13,961 bases of DNA from a bacterium (GTDB taxonomy: Bacteria; Hinthialibacterota; Hinthialibacteria; Hinthialibacterales; Hinthialibacteraceae). The stretch spans positions 1-13,961 of the forward strand of contig CAXXSM010000019.1 of NCBI GenBank assembly GCA_963663405.2, written 5' to 3'. The notes under the pieces are model-generated. The model had not been told where the DNA came from. It saw only the letters and a list, made by a program, of their open reading frames with translations, and searched no databases. Positions 8,603-13,961 of this stretch are shown one piece after another. The stretch's first letter is position 1; each line of letters starts with the position of its first letter. Made by a program: the position numbers and the translations under genes.

Positions 8603-8617
8603 TTATAATGATTATAT
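8603..8617. promoter_or_regulatory. Fur-family (Per/Fur-type) 7-1-7 palindrome overlapping minus-strand TATAAT -10 elements
   Basis: TTATAATGATTATAT matches 13 of the 14 specified positions of TTATAATnATTATAA. Minus-strand TATAAT hexamers lie at 8602-8607 and 8611-8616, about 40 bp upstream of ATG 8565. Confidence 0.5.
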
Positions 8618-8706
8618 CCGATAATGCGGTAGACGTGTATCCGTCCGCGAATGAGTTGACCATAATTCAAAAGACACGCGTTTCAAAAAAAGAGTTGGTT
8701 GAATTC

Positions 8707-9396
8707 TCATGTACTCTGCGAAATACCCTCTACAATCCGGCACTGATCGCAATAAAAGAAATAAAGTACCAATTCTCCTATAAAAAATTCTTGTGTTTCC
8801 ATTAAGCAGTCATTCTTATTATATTCACATCCAATAGACGCTACATAATTCATTTCTCTTCCACAATCACATACGACTTCTTCTTTAAATTGTAACCATA
8901 CAATTGGACCATCAACACGAAGAAAAGATTTCCCTAAAAACGTTTCACATGCCTTCCAATAGGAATCTTCATCTTTAGGCATTTCTAAAGCGTTCATTTT
9001 TCGTAAAACCAACCTTATAGAAGGTAATGGAAATACAAAACAACCATCTTCCCAAAGTCTTTGTGGCGGATCTCCACTATGAGTTAAAATTGGATATAAC
9101 TTTATAAAATTCACACATTTGTTTTCAAAATCGATCTCATAACGCTGTCTGTCAGGGGTTAAATCAATATTGATATAACTGAATAAAGGTAATTGTTTGA
9201 TATCCGTTGAAAATTCATAATTTAACAATGGATCCGAAAGATCGAGAGTAAGCAACAAGGCAGGTTTATCTAAATAATCCAGAGGCCCAATACCTGTCCA
9301 TAAATTTCCGCCAAAAACATGATCATATTTCCCATCGCCTTTTTCAGCAATAAAGCCATTGCGATCGCAATGAGATACCCAATTCGAAAAACACAT
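8707..9396 (-). CDS. AT-rich hypothetical protein, YwqG/DUF1963-like, with a probable Zn-binding Cys set
   Basis: 229-aa ORF with AGGA upstream. Motifs FGG...ALLLTLDLSDP and VDGPIVWLQ...CDCGREMNYVASI...IGELVLYFFYCDQCRIVEGISQST resemble the YwqG/DUF1963 C-terminus. Two sampled 60-nt lines are about 33-35% GC. Confidence 0.65.
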   Translation of the reverse strand: MCFSNWVSHCDRNGFIAEKGDGKYDHVFGGNLWTGIGPLDYLDKPALLLTLDLSDPLLNYEFSTDIKQLPLFSYINIDLTPDRQRYEIDFENKCVNFIKLYPILTHSGDPPQRLWEDGCFVFPLPSIRLVLRKMNALEMPKDEDSYWKACETFLGKSFLRVDGPIVWLQFKEEVVCDCGREMNYVASIGCEYNKNDCLMETQEFFIGELVLYFFYCDQCRIVEGISQST

Positions 9397-9435
9397 AGCG
9401 GATTTAATCCTAATAAACTACGTTCATCCCGTTTC

Positions 9436-10473
9436 TTATTTCTTAAGATCATCAAGTCCAAGTGGATTCTCTCGGCTGTTTGTATTTCTAACAATAGCGG
9501 AATAGGGCAGTTCGGCGATCGGTTCCGATTTCAAGTTCGTATGAATCTTCATCACACCCGTGCGAAATCCGGGTTTTTCCGGCGCTTTGAGAACGAATTC
9601 AAGTTCCCAGGCGCCATCCGGCATCTTTTCTTTGATCGTCCCTGAAATGATATCTTTATCGCCCTCAATTTCCGTGATATCCAATTGTTGATCTTTCAAT
9701 TCGTCAGCAAGGCTGACGGTGAGTGTCCGGGTGATCGTCTCTCCACTTTTAACCGCTCCAAACCACAATCGTTCCCGGCTGAAACGAACGTGGCCGACGA
9801 CTTTGGCTGTGATCGACACGCTGACGAGTGGATTCTTTTTGTTATCGGTTTTAATCTCAAGCGTGTCAACTACAAATCCTTTCTTATTCTGTGGTTTTAC
9901 GGTAACCGTAATCGGTATGCCATCGGCGCCGCCTTCCCCATAATCGACTTTGAATTCGGGTTTTCGAACTCTCGTGCTGAGGATTTTAAACGGCTCTTCT
10001 TCCAGATTTTGCAACTTCAGCGTCAAGGATTTTTCCGTTCCAAAAGGCACATCCTGGAATGTATAGGAAGGCCGGGGAGAAAACACCCACATTTTTTTAA
10101 TCTTGGCTTTCACTTCCAATTTCACCCGTGGATTTTTGGGATCGTTGGAAAGAACAGTGGCGTTTTTCAACATCACGCCCGTGGCGTACGATGTGGTCAT
10201 GGTTACCGAGATGATCCCCGTCGCGCCGGCGGCGACACTTGTTGCGGAGAGAACCGCGGCGGTGCAGCCACAGTTTGTTGTCACGCGATCGATATGCAGA
10301 GACTCATTGCCAACATTTTTAAATGTAAACTGATGAACTAGCGCTTGATGGGGATATTTCTCCCCAAAATCATGTGAGCGTTTATCAAACTCAATGACTG
10401 GCTGCGCCGAACACAAGACCGGCGCCACAACAAGAATAGCGGCCACGACAGACCAAAACTTAAACTGTTTCAT
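9436..10473 (-). CDS. DUF1573-domain secreted protein, three tandem Ig-like domains (paralogue 1)
   Basis: Signal peptide followed by HDFG...HQFTFKNVGNESLHIDRVTTNCGCTAA...VAAGATG and SNDPKNPRVKL. It aligns end to end with 7528..8565 and has a GAGG SD. Confidence 0.9.
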   Translation of the reverse strand: MKQFKFWSVVAAILVVAPVLCSAQPVIEFDKRSHDFGEKYPHQALVHQFTFKNVGNESLHIDRVTTNCGCTAAVLSATSVAAGATGIISVTMTTSYATGVMLKNATVLSNDPKNPRVKLEVKAKIKKMWVFSPRPSYTFQDVPFGTEKSLTLKLQNLEEEPFKILSTRVRKPEFKVDYGEGGADGIPITVTVKPQNKKGFVVDTLEIKTDNKKNPLVSVSITAKVVGHVRFSRERLWFGAVKSGETITRTLTVSLADELKDQQLDITEIEGDKDIISGTIKEKMPDGAWELEFVLKAPEKPGFRTGVMKIHTNLKSEPIAELPYSAIVRNTNSRENPLGLDDLKK

Positions 10474-10536
10474 TTTTACAAACCTCTTGAAAAAGGGATT
10501 TTCGAATCAATCGAAGTTACATGAATGCCTAGGCTT

Positions 10537-10545
10537 ATTATAACA
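10537..10545 (-). promoter_or_regulatory. Extended -10 promoter (TGTTATAAT) for the DUF1573 cluster
   Basis: Perfect TGnTATAAT on the minus strand about 65 bp upstream of ATG 10473. Confidence 0.55.
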
Positions 10546-10676
10546 CAATTTAGCGCATTGTATATTCAATCTAAAGTGTTCATCACAGATTCAATCAAAT
10601 AACGCTATAAAGACCTACAGGTAACGCCGCAGTGGTTCCTTTTCACGATTCAAATCACGAGACTGGATATTTCTAT

Positions 10677-10704
10677 TTGCAATTCAGTTGCATCTAGGTA
10701 TACT
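10677..10704 (+). promoter_or_regulatory. Zur-like box overlapping the sigma70 promoter of zur-znuACB
   Basis: TTGCAATTCAGTTGCAT (10677-10693) contains the palindrome TGCAA-N5-TTGCA. It overlaps a -35-like TTGCAA (10677-10682), with -10 TATACT at 10699-10704. Confidence 0.7.
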
Positions 10705-10727
10705 ACATTGCATGAAGAGGAAAATGA

Positions 10728-11156
10728 ATGAATACGAATATCCGTGAACGAGTTGAACGGCTGCTCCAAAAGGCGCAGGTCAAACGCACCAAACCAAGAA
10801 TGATTCTTCTCGAAACGCTTCTGGAATCCAGGATTCCATTATCGCATGAAGAGATTGGCCGCTTGTTGGAAGGTACGGGGATCAACCGCGTGACCATTTA
10901 CCGGGTTTTGCAACGTCTTCTCGACGCGGGAATCGTCCATCGGGTGGAAGCGGGAGACCGAATTTGGCGCTTCGCGGTCTGTGAATGCGGGCGGAGCGGG
11001 CACTGTCACCCCCATTTCACATGCCGGATCTGCGGGCGGGTTGAATGTATGAGTGGCTATCCCATGCCCGAATTAAAACCGTCTCCCTCAGGCTATCAAT
11101 TTGAAGAACTGGAAGTCTATTTTCGTGGAATCTGCGCTGATTGTTCAATGAAATAA
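10728..11156 (+). CDS. zur: Fur-family transcriptional regulator, most likely Zur
   Basis: Winged-helix motifs KRTKPRMILLE and NRVTIYRVLQRLLDAGIVHRV, followed by HPHFTCRICG and GICADC. It is the first gene of a znu operon. Confidence 0.88.
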   Translation: MNTNIRERVERLLQKAQVKRTKPRMILLETLLESRIPLSHEEIGRLLEGTGINRVTIYRVLQRLLDAGIVHRVEAGDRIWRFAVCECGRSGHCHPHFTCRICGRVECMSGYPMPELKPSPSGYQFEELEVYFRGICADCSMK

Positions 11157-11197
11157 ATCCCCAACGTATCAGCGTGCGAAGAAAGGATGTAATTGAA

Positions 11198-12127
11198 ATG
11201 ATTCTTTATAAAATGATTATCGTGTCCGTGATCCTGACGTTTCTCAATCCTATAGCGGCGTTCAGCGCCGAAAAGGATAAAATTAAAGTATTTGTCAGTG
11301 TTCTCCCCCATGCCTATTTTGCAGAAAAGATCGGCGGGGATCGGGTGGATGTACAAGTCCTGGTCCAACCAGGACACAGCCCCGCCACCTATTCGCCCAC
11401 ACCCCGGCAGATGTCTGAGCTCGCTCAAGCGAGACTCTTCTTCCGCGCAGGCGTTCCATTCGAAGAAGCCTGGATGCGGCGCCTTGAAGAGAACAATCCA
11501 CAGATGCGGGTCATCGATCTCCGGAAGGGTATAAAATTGCGGACCATGAAATCTCACCACCACCATCATGATAATGAAGAGGAAGATCATGAGTCAGGTG
11601 ATGACCATGAAACGGACCCTGATGACGATCGTGAATGGAAAGGGAAAGACCCACACATCTGGCTTAATCCAAACTATGCGAAGATCCAAGCCCAAACAAT
11701 TGAAGAAGCGCTCTGCGCTTCCCTTCCCAACCATGCAAATGAATTCAAGAATAATTTAGCTCGTCTGGATAAAGAACTCAGTCAGTTGGACCAATATATC
11801 ACCGAAAAGTTACGATCTATCCGCTCCCGGAAATTCATCGTCTTCCATCCCGCTTGGGGCTATTTCGCCGACGCGTACAATTTGGAACAGATTCCTATCG
11901 AGATCGAAGGAAAAACACCCACCGCCAGACAGCTGCAAACCGTGATCAATCGCGCCAAGAGAGAAAACCTGCGGGTGATCTTCGTCCAGGAACAATTCAA
12001 TAAAACCGCCGCCCAGGCGGTCGCGAACGCGATCGGTGGTCAAGCGATTTCTGTTGATCCGCTAGCGAAAGACTATATAGCCAACTTGCGAAAAGTGACC
12101 GAAATCTTTACTGAGGCGATACGATGA
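11198..12127 (+). CDS. znuA: Zinc ABC transporter substrate-binding protein (ZnuA/AdcA cluster A-I) with a His/acidic loop
   Basis: Signal peptide, VFVSVLPHAYFAEKIGGDRV, the SHHHHHDNEEEDHESGDDHE loop, DPHIWLNP, VFHPAWGYFADAYNL and VDPL. The start at ATG 11198 has AAGGA upstream and is preferred over 11141. Confidence 0.92.
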   Translation: MILYKMIIVSVILTFLNPIAAFSAEKDKIKVFVSVLPHAYFAEKIGGDRVDVQVLVQPGHSPATYSPTPRQMSELAQARLFFRAGVPFEEAWMRRLEENNPQMRVIDLRKGIKLRTMKSHHHHHDNEEEDHESGDDHETDPDDDREWKGKDPHIWLNPNYAKIQAQTIEEALCASLPNHANEFKNNLARLDKELSQLDQYITEKLRSIRSRKFIVFHPAWGYFADAYNLEQIPIEIEGKTPTARQLQTVINRAKRENLRVIFVQEQFNKTAAQAVANAIGGQAISVDPLAKDYIANLRKVTEIFTEAIR

Positions 12128-12872
12128 AGATGGAAATCCCCGCCGTTCAACTCGAAAATATCTCGTTTCAATACGATCGCGAACCGGTTTTGGAGAATGT
12201 TTCGTTTCAGGTGGCGGTGGATGATTTCATCGGCATGGTCGGCCCCAATGGCGGGGGAAAAACAACGCTGCTGAAGATAATCCTAGGTTTAATTCAACCA
12301 AACGCCGGATCCGTAAAAGTGTTCGGACAGCCGCCATCGAAATCCCGATCCCAGTTGGGATACGTGCCGCAGCAAATCAATCTGGACCGGGAATTCCCAA
12401 TCTCCGTGATAGATGTAGTTCTACTGGGCAGACTGGGACAAACACCCCTATTTGGACGCTATCGGCGGATTGATAGAGAAGAAGCGCGTGAAGCGCTCCA
12501 TCAAGTCGATTACTTGATTTTAAAGACCGCCATTTTGGCGCGTTGTCAGGAGGACAACGGCAGCGCGTTTTAATCGCGCGTGCGCTGGCCGCTAGGCCAC
12601 GGCTCCTCATCATGGATGAACCAACTTCAAACGTTGATAGTTTGTCTCAACAGCAGATCTACGATCTCTTGTGCGCGATCAATCAACAATGCGCCATTAT
12701 TCTTGTGTCTCACGATGTAGGCGTTGTCTCCACTTATGTCAAGCGGGTCGCATGCCTTAACCGGCGATTGGTGACGCATCCGGTTCACGAAATTACCGAT
12801 TCGACTATTCAAGACCTTTATTGCGCGCATGTCAGTTTAGTGAACCATAAGAGCATCCTAAATGAAAGATAA
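12124..12872 (+). pseudogene. znuC: Zinc ABC transporter ATP-binding protein, with one frameshift near 12508-12511 (possibly a sequencing error)
   Basis: Walker A GPNGGGKTT and GYVPQ lie in ORF 12124..12573, while the signature LSGGQRQR, Walker B LIMDEPT and VSHD lie in the other frame ending at 12872. Adding one base at gtc-ga-tta restores QV(x)LLDFKDRHFGALSGGQ. Confidence 0.9.
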
Positions 12873-12883
12873 AAGAATTGCTT

Positions 12884-13753
12884 ATGTTCGAGTTCTTTGA
12901 CGCCCCTTAGAACACAGACATTTTTACAAAACGCTTTGGCCGGGGGGATTCTCGCCAGCCTCGCCTGTGGGATTATCGGACCGTATGTGGTCGTAAAACG
13001 CATCGTCTTCATCAGCGGGGGGATCGCTCACACGGTGCTCGCCGGCGTGGGACTCGCGCTGGTTCTTGGATTGCATCCACTGGCCGGCGCCATTCCCTGC
13101 GCCTTGCTGGCGGCGATCTTAAATCGGCTTGATCGGCCTTCGCGCCCGGCAGCGGGAAGATACAATTATCGGCGCCTGCTGGGTCATCGGCATGGCGGTG
13201 GGATTGATCCTGTTCGCCCAAGTTCCGGGATATAACACCGATCTGATGAGCTATCTCTTTGGGGATATCTTGATGGTTTCTTCCGGAAATCTACCGATCA
13301 TCATGGGGCTCGATATACTCATCGCCGTTTCTACACTGCTCTTTTACAAACAATTTCTCGCCGTCTGTTTTGATGAGGAATACGCTCGTTTACAAGGCGT
13401 GCGCGTAGAACTGGTCTATCGTACTTGCTTCTCTGCTTGATCGCCCTGACCGTCATTGTCCTGATGCAGGTAATCGGAATCGTTCTCGTCATCGGCCTTT
13501 CTTACATTGCCCGCCGCCACCGCCGGTCTCTTTGCCCGCAGTGTCGCCTGGATGATGCTGATCGCGGGCTATTTTAGGTGTATTATTCACAATGATCGGG
13601 ATTTGGATCTCTTACACACTCGATTTTCCTACTGGACCTACGATCGCGATCCTTTCTGGCGCGGCATACCTGCTCTCCATCTCTTATAAAGCGATCCGCC
13701 CGCGCTACAACCAGACAAACAAACTCCACTCTCAGTCCATTGAAGACGAATAA
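12884..13753 (+). pseudogene. znuB: Zinc ABC transporter permease, with about five frameshifts (possibly sequencing errors)
   Basis: The gene can be reconstructed as MFEFFDALRTQTFLQNALAGG..., ISGGIAHTVLAGVG, REDTIIG, MSYLFGDILMV, FDEEYARLQGV, ALTVIVLMQVIGIVLVI, LTLPAATA and DFPTGPTIAIL...EDE, ending at TAA 13751-13753. Breaks lie at about 12903-6, 13121-3, 13420-7, 13494-13500 and 13566-8. Confidence 0.88.
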
Positions 13754-13939
13754 GAAAATCGATGCGCCTGTAAGATGTGGAGACTCACAATTCTCCTGAC
13801 GTTCTCACATTCTTCTAATCGACAAACGCTATATGTTCTGTTGACAGGTTACTCAAAAGAGAAAACAATATTGTGCCTTGTTTTCCGCTTTTTTTTGGGA
13901 GGCGGAAAATCCATTCTGATTATTTAAAGGAGACAGACG

Positions 13940-13961
13940 ATGATTCGCTACGCATTTGCAT
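13940..13961 (+). CDS. Start of a downstream gene (MIRYAFA...), truncated by the window edge
   Basis: SD AAAGGAGA precedes ATG 13940, and TTGACA lies at 13841-13846 upstream. Only 7 codons are visible. Confidence 0.5.

Noticed and set aside
9685-10341. 218-aa plus-strand ORF, and likewise 7219..7722, 3930..4418 and 11117..11590
   Set aside because: These are antisense shadows of well-supported genes.
6529-10473. Selenocysteine recoding at the CGC/CxxxxC motifs
   Set aside because: All motif positions are ordinary Cys codons in uninterrupted ORFs.
10501-10515. TTCGA-N5-TCGAA palindrome in the DUF1573 leader
   Set aside because: The 5-bp arms are within chance expectation and I cannot link them to a known regulator.
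12500-12545. Programmed ribosomal frameshift in znuC
   Set aside because: There is no canonical slippery heptamer at the inferred break, and several more indels nearby point to error or decay.
13770-13815. Imperfect inverted repeat after znuB as a terminator
   Set aside because: Pairing needs gaps and there is no clear U-tract.
1-13961. CRISPR array, tRNA, rRNA or riboswitch
   Set aside because: No regularly spaced repeats or recognisable RNA gene signatures were seen by eye, and the intergenic gaps are short.

Overview
Bacterial chromosomal window (roughly 50% GC, with AT-richer patches), densely coding. From left to right: (1) a long minus-strand gene missing from the ORF track because it runs off the left edge, encoding a secreted or periplasmic beta-propeller (two-component regulator propeller type) plus an Ig-like/Y_Y_Y-type domain; (2) divergently, a Tat-signal aldo/keto reductase and a secreted glycoside-hydrolase-like protein; (3) two convergent type II toxin-antitoxin pairs (Phd/YefM-PIN and FitA-like RHH-PIN), each with an upstream inverted repeat; (4) a minus-strand cluster of two paralogous DUF1573-type multi-Ig secreted proteins, a membrane-anchored rhodanese and a MauE/DoxX membrane protein, all carrying Cys motifs, with an AT-rich Cys-rich YwqG/DUF1963-like gene between the paralogues; (5) divergently, a zur-znuA-znuC-znuB zinc uptake operon with a Zur-like box, in which znuC and znuB are broken by about six small indels that are probably sequence errors; (6) the start of another gene at the right edge. 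The most interesting candidate system is the Cys-motif DUF1573/rhodanese/MauE module, which lies back-to-back with the Zur operon and has a near-perfect Per/Fur-type 7-1-7 box upstream of its distal three genes. All family assignments are from motif recognition by eye; no searches were run.
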